This document shows, one piece after another, positions 1-12,883 of a stretch of 64,000 nucleotides of DNA; the first letter of the stretch is position 1; each line of letters opens with the position of its first letter. Under the pieces are notes generated by a model that was not told the origin of the DNA, ran no database searches, and saw only the letters and a list, made by a program, of their open reading frames with translations. Origin of the DNA: Dictyostelium discoideum (taxonomy: Eukaryota); NCBI GenBank assembly GCA_000004695.1, contig CM000150.2, forward strand, positions 3,104,001 through 3,168,000. The letters are read 5' to 3'. The position numbers were made by a program, and so were the translations under genes.

Positions 1-3000
1 CAAGTCAACCATGGGTAATTTTATGTCAAAAACCTAGATTTTTCGAAACAGTTTCAACTGAGAATCCAATCTCTACAACTCTTAGTTGCTATGATCAAGT
101 TATTATTTTCGGTACAATTGATAATATCAATGAATCAAAAGCACTATCAAAATTAATGGATGTTAATGATAGAGGTACCGATATTTATTGTATAAAGACT
201 TTGGATGAATTTGAAACTCATGTCAAAGAGACACCATTAACTGATGAATCGGTTATAGTTTATGTGAATACAATCAATCAAGTATTCATTTCATTCATTT
301 CCTATTCATTAGAATATATCAAAATCAATCAACATTTATTAAGAACCAATTGTAACGCCAAACATGTATTGTTAACTAGAAGTGCATTCATTGAAACTAC
401 CAATACATTGGTAAGTGCAACAGTTGGAGCTTTTAGATACTTTTGTGAATTCTCTCAATTGGATTTATATTTAATGGATTTTGATGATTCAATCTATTTA
501 AAATCTATGCAATTCATAAATGTAACCCATGAAATGACAAATCCAAATAAACACTACCAAAGGGAATTCATTTTTAGAGGTGATAAAGTTTACTATGAAA
601 GAGTTACTCAAGAGACAAACTTAAAATTAAAATTAAAATCAACATCATACATATCCGAGCCAACTCAACTATATGCAAAATTAGGTCAAAACTTACAATA
701 TCAATTGAAACCATTTGAAAATAAAATTCCTGAAGGATTCATTGAAGTTAAAGTATTGGCAAGTGGTATCAATTTCAAAGATAATTTAGTTTATCGCCGT
801 TTGGTACCAAATGAAGCTGTGAACCATACTGGTAATTCAAATGATCCAGAATTTGGTTATGAATGTTCTGGTATTGTATCAAGAGTAGGCGATGGTGTTA
901 CAAAATTCAAAGTTGGTGATGAAGTGGTTGGTTTAGGTTTCAATTGTACAGGTTCATTTGTAACTTTAGAACAATTTAGATTTGTATTAAAACCAAAGAA
1001 TCTTACTCATGTTGAAGCAGCTTCAATTCCAGTGGTTTATTTAACATCATATTATAGTTTATTCGTTGCTGGTTATCTTAGTATTGAAAAGAAAGAATCT
1101 GTACTAATTCATGGTGGAACAGGTGGTATTGGTTTAGCATGTATTAATCTTTTAAAAGCAAAAGGTTTCAAAGGTTATTTATTCGTTACTGTTGGTTCAA
1201 AAGAAAAAGAAAATTTCCTTCGTGTTACCTATGGTAACTTTATCACTGGTATCTATTCAAGTCAAAATACAGATTACCTTTTAGAAATCAAGAAAAAGAT
1301 ACAACAACTCACTGGAAATAATTTAATTTTTAAACAATTTGGTGTTGCTAAAATGGGTATTGATTTAATTATAAATACATTATCAAATGAATTTATGGAT
1401 GCAAATTTCAATTCATTATGTCAAGGTGGTAGAATTATTGATCTTTCTGTGACTCACATGAATAGTCAAGATACTACTGATTTTAGAAAATTCCGTTATT
1501 GTATCAGTTATTCAAGTGTTGAATTACTTTTAAATGGTTTCGAAAGAAATAAATTAATACTTCAAGAGGTTATGGATATGTTTGTAAATGAAAATTTAGC
1601 ATTACTACCAATTAAAGAATATTCAGTTAAAGATATTAAAGAAGCTATTGAATTCATCGCTGAAAGAAAACATATTGGTAAAATTGTTGTTAATCATGAA
1701 AACTATGATTTAATTTCACAAACTCTTGTTAGCAATGATAATGAATTCTATAAAGACTTTTTAATTCCAAAAGCAAACTATAGAATAAGTGCAGATTGTA
1801 ATTTGGGTAAAACCGTTTTATTAACTGGTCAACTTGGTCTTAGTTTATCAATTATCAAATGGATTATTGCTTTTAATAATTTAGAACAACCAGTTGAAAA
1901 TATATTAGTACTATCATTATCACCTATCAAATATGAATTGGAACATATGATTTGTTATTGTAAACATGTTAATAATCAAATTAAAATAATATTTAAACAA
2001 GTGGATATCTCTGATATGTGTGCATTGGATGATGCAATTGGTGAAATTTATAAAGAAAATGAAAATTTACCATTGGTATCTTCAATTTTCCATAATGCAT
2101 TTGCACCATCGGAATGTGACGCATTGGATATTGATGAAGATCATTTGAGGATATCTCATTCAGCCAAAACTATGGGTATGATAAATTTGAATTCCCTTTC
2201 AACTGGTATTTGGTCAGAGTCTATAAAGAACTTTGTATTGTCATCATCTATAACAAGTATTCTTGGAAGTCAACGTCAATGTGGTTATATTAGTGCAAAT
2301 TGTATCATTGATGCAGTCTCAAGATTAAGAGCATCAGAAGGTTTACCATGTACTTCAATTAACTGGGGTGTACTTGGTACTGGTTTCGTTTCAAGAAATG
2401 AAAGTGTTTCAAAGTTATTTGAATATCAAGGTTTCATTCCAATCTCTATGGATATGTTAATTGGTACATTGGATTTATTCTTACAAAATTCTGGTAAATT
2501 AAATAACAAAATAGTTGCCTCATTTAATTATAATAATGTTAGTGCAGCATTTAGAAATCATCATCTATCCTATAAATTAAATTACTTTTTAAATCCAGTC
2601 TATTCAAAAGGTTCAACTTTTGATGATAATGAATTATCAATTAGAGATGATATTTTAGAGAAATTCTCTGAATATCTATCAACTGAAAAATCAAAATTAA
2701 GTTTAGATATCAAATTAATAGATTATGGTAGTAGTTCAATTATGCTTGTTGAATTAAAGAATTATTTAGATAAAACTTATACACCAAACATTTTATCGAT
2801 TGCACAACTTCAAAATGTAACAATCAATCAATTAATTCAAGCAGTAATTCAAGCAGTTTCAAAATTAAAAAAACCAACAACAAATCAACAATCTCAGCAA
2901 CCAATTATTTCAAACATTAAATGGGAGGATGAGATTGCATTAGATCCAACCATTAAACCAACTCAACAAATAATTGATACCTATAAAAATGAAATGACTC

Positions 3001-4214
3001 AACTTTACAAAAATAATAATAATAAAACAAGTTTGGGAGGTTTACAAGTACTATTAACTGGTCCATGTACATTTTCAGGTACTCATATACTTTCAAATCT
3101 TTTATTATCTTCAAAAACAAAAGTGATTCATTGTTTATTACCAATGGAAACTCCAGAGCAAGTAATGTGTACAATCATTGATAATTTCAAAGCTCAAGGT
3201 TTATATGATCAATTGAATTTAGCAAATGTATTATCAAAGATTAAACCAATTGCTGCAGATTTTACAAGACCAATATTTGGATTGGATACTGATGATTATA
3301 TTGAACTTTCAAAAAAGATTGATATAGTCATTAATGCAGCATCAAATACAACCAAACATTATTGTGCTCATATTTCCTATGAAGATACAAATAAAGAGTA
3401 TTTACATGGTGTCTCACATTTACTTAGATTTGCATCAAGTGAAAAGCTAAAGAGGGTCGTTCAAATCTCAACATTGGGACGTTATTCTGATTTACAAAGA
3501 AATTCTTTAGACGAATACTATTTCCCAGAGGTCGATTTCTCATTCATTTCCGATCAAAATCAGTTAGTATCAGGTTATATTCAATCAAAGATTGTGGCAG
3601 AGTATCATCTTAAACAAGCTTCAAATCGTGGTATTCCATGTTTAATAGTTCGTACTCCATTTACCTTCCCTGGAAATAATGGTATTGGTAGAGAAGCTGA
3701 TTTCACTCAACTACTTCTCCAAAGTTGTTATACATTAAATTGTTATCCAACTGAATCACATATTCAACTCTACACTGCACCTGTAACTTGGTATGCAAAG
3801 AATATTACATTAATGGCTGTTGGTAGTGATATTTCACAAGATGGTTGTTGGGATACAATCAACACATCTCCAATTGAAAACCTTTTATGTTTTAATCTTT
3901 TCGGAGGTGGCTTTGATTTTGGTGATTTATTGGTTGATATTTCAAAAGATTTATCTTGGAAAGAAGTCCCATTCGAAACTTTGGTTAAAAAAGCTGCTGT
4001 AAATGAAACTGAGTGTTGTAAAAGATTGGCTTCATTCGTTTTAAAGAAAAAAGGTGATTTCTTAAAAAATTTAGGTGTTATCCCTGGTAATTTCACCGTC
4101 AATGAAAATCTCAAAAATTATTTAACCTTAAATAACTCATTTGATGGTTGGTTAGTTACAAAACAATTAGTCTATAATCATTTATCTTATGTTTTTAAAA
4201 AGAAAGTTTTTTAA
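1..4214 (+). CDS. Type I iterative polyketide synthase, 3' portion (5'-partial): enoylreductase (GGTGGIGLACINLLKAKGF NADPH motif), ketoreductase (LLTGQLGLSL), ACP (DYGSSSIMLVELKNYL) and a C-terminal NAD(P)-dependent thioester-reductase-like domain (LLTGPCTFSGTHIL). No intron found within the window.
   Basis: The frame of the 156..4214 ORF is open back to base 1: translating upstream of the ATG at 156 gives no stop. Domain motifs were read directly from the translation. Dictyostelium carries a large pks family, and I cannot tell which member this is. Confidence 0.8.
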   Translation, partial: SQPWVILCQKPRFFETVSTENPISTTLSCYDQVIIFGTIDNINESKALSKLMDVNDRGTDIYCIKTLDEFETHVKETPLTDESVIVYVNTINQVFISFISYSLEYIKINQHLLRTNCNAKHVLLTRSAFIETTNTLVSATVGAFRYFCEFSQLDLYLMDFDDSIYLKSMQFINVTHEMTNPNKHYQREFIFRGDKVYYERVTQETNLKLKLKSTSYISEPTQLYAKLGQNLQYQLKPFENKIPEGFIEVKVLASGINFKDNLVYRRLVPNEAVNHTGNSNDPEFGYECSGIVSRVGDGVTKFKVGDEVVGLGFNCTGSFVTLEQFRFVLKPKNLTHVEAASIPVVYLTSYYSLFVAGYLSIEKKESVLIHGGTGGIGLACINLLKAKGFKGYLFVTVGSKEKENFLRVTYGNFITGIYSSQNTDYLLEIKKKIQQLTGNNLIFKQFGVAKMGIDLIINTLSNEFMDANFNSLCQGGRIIDLSVTHMNSQDTTDFRKFRYCISYSSVELLLNGFERNKLILQEVMDMFVNENLALLPIKEYSVKDIKEAIEFIAERKHIGKIVVNHENYDLISQTLVSNDNEFYKDFLIPKANYRISADCNLGKTVLLTGQLGLSLSIIKWIIAFNNLEQPVENILVLSLSPIKYELEHMICYCKHVNNQIKIIFKQVDISDMCALDDAIGEIYKENENLPLVSSIFHNAFAPSECDALDIDEDHLRISHSAKTMGMINLNSLSTGIWSESIKNFVLSSSITSILGSQRQCGYISANCIIDAVSRLRASEGLPCTSINWGVLGTGFVSRNESVSKLFEYQGFIPISMDMLIGTLDLFLQNSGKLNNKIVASFNYNNVSAAFRNHHLSYKLNYFLNPVYSKGSTFDDNELSIRDDILEKFSEYLSTEKSKLSLDIKLIDYGSSSIMLVELKNYLDKTYTPNILSIAQLQNVTINQLIQAVIQAVSKLKKPTTNQQSQQPIISNIKWEDEIALDPTIKPTQQIIDTYKNEMTQLYKNNNNKTSLGGLQVLLTGPCTFSGTHILSNLLLSSKTKVIHCLLPMETPEQVMCTIIDNFKAQGLYDQLNLANVLSKIKPIAADFTRPIFGLDTDDYIELSKKIDIVINAASNTTKHYCAHISYEDTNKEYLHGVSHLLRFASSEKLKRVVQISTLGRYSDLQRNSLDEYYFPEVDFSFISDQNQLVSGYIQSKIVAEYHLKQASNRGIPCLIVRTPFTFPGNNGIGREADFTQLLLQSCYTLNCYPTESHIQLYTAPVTWYAKNITLMAVGSDISQDGCWDTINTSPIENLLCFNLFGGGFDFGDLLVDISKDLSWKEVPFETLVKKAAVNETECCKRLASFVLKKKGDFLKNLGVIPGNFTVNENLKNYLTLNNSFDGWLVTKQLVYNHLSYVFKKKVF

Positions 4215-4235
4215 TTAAAAAATAATAATATTAAT

Positions 4236-4280
<45 letters not shown>

Positions 4281-4622
4281 TAAAAAGATAAAAATAAAAT
4301 TTAAAACCAATTATAAATAAATCATTAATAATAAAACAAACATTAAACTCTTTTATTTTAAAAAAAAATATATAAATATCTTTAACTTTTTTTTATTGAA
4401 CTAATTAATTTCCAGTTGATGTTGGTTTTTTTTTTTTTTTTTTTTTTTTTCTAAGACGAATTTTTAAAAAATAAACAAAAATGGATGATTACAGGTATGT
4501 CGACATTTTTTTTAATATCATAGTTCTATTTCCCCCAATTTCACCATCGAAAGTTATTGGAATAATTTTTTAAATGATAAAAAAAAAAAAAAAATGTTTG
4601 AAAAAACAAATCTAAGATTGAA

Positions 4623-4653
<31 letters not shown>

Positions 4654-4989
4654 ATTTGGTAAAACTCAATCTGCATTAGATCTATAATATTCAATTATGG
4701 AGAATTAATTTTTTTATTTTAAATGTCTTTTAATATATACATAACAATTTTATTGGCAATTTTATTGGAATGGTAATGGCGTTGAAATATATATATTTTT
4801 TTTTTTCTTTATTGTAAAATAATTATTAATCACTATTTGAATAAAAAAAAAAAAAAAAAAAATAATAAAAAAAAAACAAATAATACTATTTAAAAATGTA
4901 ACTTTATTATTTATTACTTTTTTTTATAAACATATTAAACAAATAGAAAAAAATAATCACTAATATATTTTACATATATTATATTTTTT

Positions 4990-5025
<36 letters not shown>

Positions 5026-5106
5026 TTTAGTTTGTTTTGTGTGTGTAAACAAATATATTCATAATTTTTCTTTATTTTTCTTTTTTTTTCTTTTTTTTTT
5101 TAAGAA

Positions 5107-5977
5107 ATGATTGAAAGTGATATAGAAAAATTATCAATCCCTTCATCATCAAAAAATGAAAGTGATAAAACCTATTTATTAAAAAACCAAATCTCAAACC
5201 TATATAATCAAAATAATTTAACTAATGAAATTGTATTAATTGAAAGAGGTCAAGATGGTAAATACTCAACAATAATGCCAAAGAAATTAGAAAATTTATT
5301 TTCAACTCAAGAGTATATTTATTTAATAAATAGAATTAATAATTATAAATCCTCTTCTAAATCATTTTATATTTCAATGATAATTTTTCAATCATTATTA
5401 TTTTTAATTACTGTTTCACTCTCATTTTACTTCCTTATAGTTGGTAATAAGTTATATGGTTTAGGTTTTTTCTTATTATTTCTGTCTGTCCTTTCTTTAA
5501 TAGGAGCCACTGCAACTTATTTTAAAAAAACAAATGACGTAAGAATTGTTATTTTATTAACTTTAATAAATAATAAAATAAATAATAAAATAAAAAAATA
5601 TATTAACCATTTTTTTAAAAAAAAAAAATAATAAACAAATAAAAAAATAGTATATCGATGAAATGCAAGAATTTTTCAAAACACTTTGTTCAAATTATAT
5701 TATTAAATCAGTTAAATTCCATGGTAAATTTAAAAAGATTGGATGTGAATCATTGTATATTATTGTTAATAGTCATATATTTATTGAATTTCCAAAATCT
5801 GTCAACGAGAATAGTCCAGTATTAAATCAAAAAGTACCATTATATAGTCATTATAACTATGGAACATCTGATCAACAATACTATAATACCAACAACAACA
5901 TTTCAAATATTATTCCATTAAATAGTTGTTCACAATCACAAACCATTGAAAAAGAAAATCAAAATGAATTATTATAA
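5107..5977 (+). CDS. Small 2-TM membrane protein (about 252 aa), a paralog of the four tandem genes at 55.7-61.9 kb. Exons 5107..5538 and 5651..5977; intron 5539..5650 (GTAAGA donor, aaaaatag acceptor).
   Basis: ORFs 5107..5631 and 5663..5977 share a frame once a 112-bp AT-rich intron is removed. The motif TQEYIYLINRINN followed by a hydrophobic hairpin matches PQEYIEVIDLINN plus hairpin in the 61.2-61.9 kb gene. Exon 2 (YIDEMQEFFKTLCSNYI...) resembles the exon 2 products of the other paralogs (EDYCEVLSNRF..., IENYFEKLH...). Confidence 0.6.
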
Positions 5978-6004
5978 TGAATTATTATAATTACCATTTA
6001 CTAT

Positions 6005-6035
<31 letters not shown>

Positions 6036-6200
6036 GAAAAAAAATTAAAATAAATATACATACACACACATACATACCAATTTTAAAACAAAACTATTGT
6101 AGTTATTTTTTAATAAATAGAAATAAATATAATTATATTTTTTTTATTTTTTTTTTTTTTTTTTTTTTTAAAGAGAAAATAAATACTATTTGACTCCTCT

Positions 6201-7553
<1,353 letters not shown>

Positions 7554-7623
7554 ATTATAACTTAATTGAACTTTTTCATTATTATTACTATTGGTTGTTG
7601 ATGAATCATTTACCTCTATTAAT

Positions 7624-7627
<4 letters not shown>

Positions 7628-7692
<65 letters not shown>
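7628..7692. repeat. Poly(dA) tract of about 60 nt in the divergent intergenic region between the transporter gene and the family gene at 8632.
   Basis: Seen directly in the sequence. Confidence 0.95.
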
Positions 7693-7694
<2 letters not shown>

Positions 7695-8631
7695 TGTCAG
7701 GGTTTGTGTTAAATGAAAAAAATAAAATAAAATTTAATAAAAATAACATACCTATTCCCGATCCCATTTTTTATATATTTATATCTATTATTATTATTAT
7801 TACTTTTATTTGTGTTTTTTATTATTTTTTTTTTTTCAATAGTTTTGTTACTTTTATTATTTTTTTTTTTTTTTATTAATGATTACAAAGAAAAAAAAAA
7901 AAATCTGGGTCAAAAAATCTAAAAAAATTGTACAAGTGTGCAAAAATTATTTTGTGTATCGTGTATAAGTAAAAAAAAAAAAAAAAAAAATTAAACTAGT
8001 TTTTATTTTTATTTTTTTATTTTATTTTATTTTTTTTATTTAATTAAATAAAAAGAAATTATTTGAAGAAGTTGGCAACTGAAAAAAGGAAAAATAAAAA
8101 AAAAAAATAAAAATTTAAAATAAAAAAAGAATTTTTTTTTTTTAAAATTTTTTTTTTTTTTTTAGATATTTTTGAAATGGAATTTTCGTTTCCCGCTTCA
8201 AAGAGAAAATTCTAAAATCTGTTAAAAAATAGGAGACGTCAACCCGTTTTGATCTTTTTTTATTTATTAAACAATAATTTTTTATAATTCTTTTTAAACA
8301 AACAATACTTTTATAATCCAAAAAATTATTTTGTTTAATTGTTATTATTTTTGTTTAAGCAATTTTTTTTATTTTTTTTTTTAATTTTTTTTTTCTTTTT
8401 TATTTTTATTTATTTATTTTTTTTTTTTTTGACCATGTGTTTGTGATTATTTGTTAAAAATTGATTGCAAAAATTAATTTAAAAGAAAAAACTGCAGTGT
8501 TTTTAAACACAGAGGCTGTGCCAATGTAAGTTTTTTTTTTTTTTTTTTATTTTTACAATAAAATTGTGAATATTTTTTTTTTTAGATTTTTTAGATTTTT
8601 TTTTATATTATAATAAAATACCAAAATTTAA

Positions 8632-9076
8632 ATGGAGAAGCAAATAAAGAATGAAAAATTATTTTGGTCAGTTTATAAAAATAAATTTTTAAATGGAATA
8701 ATTTTTAAAAGATCAGAATTTAAATTTTCAGCATATACATACAATGAAATGAATAGTGTTGAGTGGATGATAAAAAATAAACATTTTTCATTATTAAAAG
8801 AAAAGATTATTAGAAATGATAGAAATTTAAATTTTTTTTTAAAGTGTCCATCCCGAATGAAACCAATTAAATGTCAACAAGAAATTTTCAAACATTACAA
8901 AAACGATACAGAATTATTTTCAAATTTATTCAAATATTATAAAGATGACAAATATCTATCACAATTAAATTTAAAAGATTTAGAAAATCATTCAATTGAT
9001 TATGATAATGTAGCATTATTTAAAGTTTTAATAAATGAATTAGGATATTGCTTAGATAATGATAATAATAATAATA

Positions 9077-9158
<82 letters not shown>

Positions 9159-10887
9159 TGATGATAATGATGACGATGATGTTGGTAATACTATGAAAAT
9201 ATTTTACAAATCTATTTATTCTGGGTCATTTGAAATTGCAACTTTTTATATAATTATAATAATAATAATAATAATTATTTTAAAAATCAAAATAAAATAT
9301 GGATTGATACCAATTGGATATAAAAAGTGATCCGAAATTATAATGAAAAAGGTTGATTTCTATTATTCAATAATTTCAAAAGCAATTCCAAAATTTTCAA
9401 AAAGTGATGATAGAGGCGTTGTAATTAAGGATTTGTCAAATCCAGTATTATTTTCAATATCAATTCATTCTTGTCAATTATCATTCATTATAAAATGTTG
9501 TAAAACAATATCATTATTATTATTGATAAATGAACAATCAGAACAATTCAAATATTCAAAAAATGATATCATTGAAATTGAACAATTAAAACAATATGAA
9601 ATTCCAGATTTAATATTTACAAAAGATGAATTAAATTTTAAAATTCAATCATTTGCTTTTAAAAATACAATAGTTCAAAGATTATATAAAATGGTATTAT
9701 TATTTTCAGATTCTTCAAGTCATTCAAATATTGCATTTTATCAAATTAAATACTATGGAGAAATTAATAATAAAATTTATACACATATTTTTAAACCTCA
9801 AAGTTTTGGTTATTATATTAGTGGATTTAAAGATTACAAAACTAATTTATTAAATGAATATTTATTTGAATATTGTAGATATGATAGAAATGAAAGAATC
9901 ATACCATTCTTTAAAGATGCAATCAAAGAAATATTAAATCCATCAATTGATAAATCATTAAAACCAACTAAAAATTTATTAATTAATTATGCAATAATTT
10001 TAAATGATTTGGAAATTTTAGAAATGGTTTATAATAAATTATTCAATATTAAAGGTGATGGTGATGGTGATGATGATCATGGCAATGATAATAATATCAT
10101 TTTATTAGATGAAGTTTATTATAGAAAGGATGTTAAAATATTTGATTTCTATATTAATAAATTATCAGAACAACATAGATTACAAATATTGGATAGAATT
10201 GGTGAGAATTATACATTATCTACTCATTTTAAAAATAATTATCCAATTTATTATAAAAATGCATTACCTCATTATAACCATCCATATCAAGACCAATTGT
10301 ATGTATCAAGATTTTTAACTGAAAATTATAAAGATGTACCAATAAATAACAAACATTTTAAAAACAAATTTGACATTACAAAAAAGTTTCCATTCATAAT
10401 TCACAGAAGTTTATTCATTGATTTTAAATTACCACCATCTAAATTAACATATTTAAATGAAAATGGAACTGAAATTGAATATGAAATTCCACCATACACA
10501 TTACACCAAAATGGTTTTTTATCGGGTATAGCTCATCAATTAAATTGGATTTTAAAATATAGAAATAAAGATATTGAAGATGGGACATTAATAATTACAT
10601 ATGATTTTATATTATTAACTCAATATTTTAGAAATAATATTGAAGAAACCATTTTAAATGATATCAATTCATATTTTAATCAAAAACATGTTAGTCCAAA
10701 AATTTTAAATTTTCTATTAGAAGAAATCGCCAAAAGAGGTGATATTGAAACAATTGAATTCTTAATTAACCAATTTAAAAATAATCAACAATTTTTAAAT
10801 CATATAATTAATCATTCAAAATCAATTTCATTAACAACACCAATTAACCAAATTGATTTTTATAATTATTTAAGTAATAAAAATTAA
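8632..10887 (+). pseudogene. Disrupted paralog (copy 1) of a Dictyostelium-specific multigene family. It is homologous end to end to the intact copy at 12884..15058, but carries compensating frameshifts at about 9243-9310 and an in-frame TGA at 9328-9330. It contains an (AAT)n-encoded poly-N tract at about 9060-9160.
   Basis: ORFs 8632..9330 and 9343..10887 share a frame and are separated by a single TGA. Around 9243-9300 the alignment to copy 2 (YLFNNYFQDILLKEQPESINTLWNEAIGY) is found only in an alternative frame (FLYNYNNNNNYFKNQNKIWIDTNWI). No intron of plausible size rescues the frame. Confidence 0.5.
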
Positions 10888-11279
10888 TTTTTATTTTTTT
10901 TTTCAATTCAATTTATTTTTTCATTCACCAAACAAAATAAATTTTAAACTATTTATTATTATAATATTATTATAATATTATTTATTTATTTATTTTTAAT
11001 AATAACTAAAAAAATAAATAAAAAAAATTGATTTTTTTTTTTTTTATTTTTAGGTCGTGGTACCACAGTGGGTTCTAAGTGTTGTAAATAAATGGTCAAC
11101 CACAGTTTTTTTTTTTTTTTTCGAAAATAGAAAAATGTTGAACAACATAAATTATAATTTTTTATTTATTTTTTAAAAATTAATTTTTTTTTTCTTTTAA
11201 ACCTTTTTTTGACCGTTTTATTACTCTTTCCGATCCAATATTTGAATTGTTTAAAGATGACAATGAATTTTAATACAAT

Positions 11280-12620
11280 TTATTTAAAAATTATAAAGAT
11301 AATCAATATATTTCCAATTTGACATTATCAGATTTAGAAAAATTTTCACAAAAAAATGATAATGTTGCATTATTACAAATATTATTAGAAAAATCAAAAG
11401 ACTATATCAATTTAAAAATTTTTTATAAATTCGTATGTAGTGGTGCAATAAATTCATCAACCTATTTATACAATAATTATTTTAAAGACTATTTCATTAA
11501 TAATCAACCTCAATCAACAAATAAATTATGGTATGAGGCAATTGGGTATAGTCAAATTTAAATCCAAAACTTCACTATGGGAAAAGAAATTTTTGTATTA
11601 AGAAAATTATAATAAAAAAGTTGAATTTTATTTAAATATCATTTCAAAATAAATTCCACCATTTTCAAAACATTTAAATATTAATCCTAAAATTAAATTA
11701 CAAATGACTCATTTGGGTAACCCAATCATATTTGATTTATCAATTCTTAAATTAAATTTAATTCAATTAATTATTAACTGTAAGACAATGTCATTATTAT
11801 TATCATCACCAACTGAACAACCAGAATTCAATTATTCAAAGAATGATATTATTGAAATGGAAGAATTAAAGCAATTGGAAAATCAATTCACAAATAGTGA
11901 ATAAATAGTAAAGTATCATCATTTAGTTATAAAAATGAAAAAGTTAAAATATTATTTAAAATGATGTTACCATTCTGTGGTAATATGCAATATGATCATA
12001 CAAGAATGGGTGAAATACCAGAAAGTAATTCAGTTTTGTTTTATCAAATGAAATATTATGGTGAAATTAATGATGTTTCAAAAAAAGAAAATTTAACTAG
12101 TAGTTTTGGATATTATGATAGATATTTTAAAAAGATATTTTTATTTTCAAAATTATTATACATGTCCTTTAAAATATTGTTTGAATGAAAGAAGAGTTAT
12201 ACCATTCTTTAAAGATGCAATTAAAGATATAATAGATATATCAATAGAAAGCAATTTAAAAATTGAGAGAAAAACTTTAATTCTTTGGATGATATTAAAA
12301 TAAACCAAATAAAAAAAAGTGTTTTAGAATAATTAATAATAATAAAAGAAATAATAATAATATTGATTTAAATTTTCAACAAAATCTTTATGATTTTCAA
12401 GCATGAATTTATTTGTTGTATAATCTGGTATATATTTACACTTTTTATTTGTATCAAAATGGAATTTGTAATGTAAAATTGACTTTTTATAATCAATTGG
12501 ATAACTATTCTTGAAGTTGGATCCAACTCATCATTGTAACAATTTTCATGTAAAATAAGTTCATCACCAACATCTTTTTTGTTACGTTTATTACTATTGT
12601 ATAATTGATTATAAACCATT
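11280..12620 (+). pseudogene. Fragmented third copy of the same family. Plus-strand ORF fragments (11319..11561, 11704..11904, 11961..12188, 12106..12303) align in order to successive segments of the intact copy. The next homologous segment (the MVYNKLFNIKGD... region) is present inverted on the minus strand (ORF 12368..12619).
   Basis: Protein-level similarity was read from the ORF track: LWYEAIGY vs LWNEAIGY; NEQPEFQYSKNDIIEMEQLKQ vs TEQPEFNYSKNDIIEMEELKQ; NERRVIPFFKDAIKD vs DERIIPYFKDVIKE; minus-strand MVYNQLYN...DELILHENCY...FYITNSILIQI vs copy 1 MVYNKLFN...NIILLDEVYY...FYINKLSEQHRLQIL. Confidence 0.55.
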
Positions 12621-12883
12621 TGTAAAATTTCAAAATCATTTATAAAGATTGCAAAATCAATTAAGTTAAAATAATTAGTGTGTATTATTTTTAACTTTTT
12701 CTTTTTCTTGGTTTTTTTTTTTTTTTTTTTAGTTTTATTTTCAAAGCCTATGCTAAAACAATAAAATAAATAAATTTAGAGAAAAATCACTGAATTTTTT
12801 TTTTTTTTTTTTTTTAATTTTTTTTATTATAATTTTTTTAATAATTTTTTTTTTTTATAACCATTATTATTTTAAAAATTAAA

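Noticed and set aside
9328-9330. TGA between ORFs 8632..9330 and 9343..10887, considered as a possible readthrough or selenocysteine site
   Set aside because: There is no SECIS-like structure downstream, and the frameshifts immediately upstream make simple decay or a pseudogene the economical explanation.
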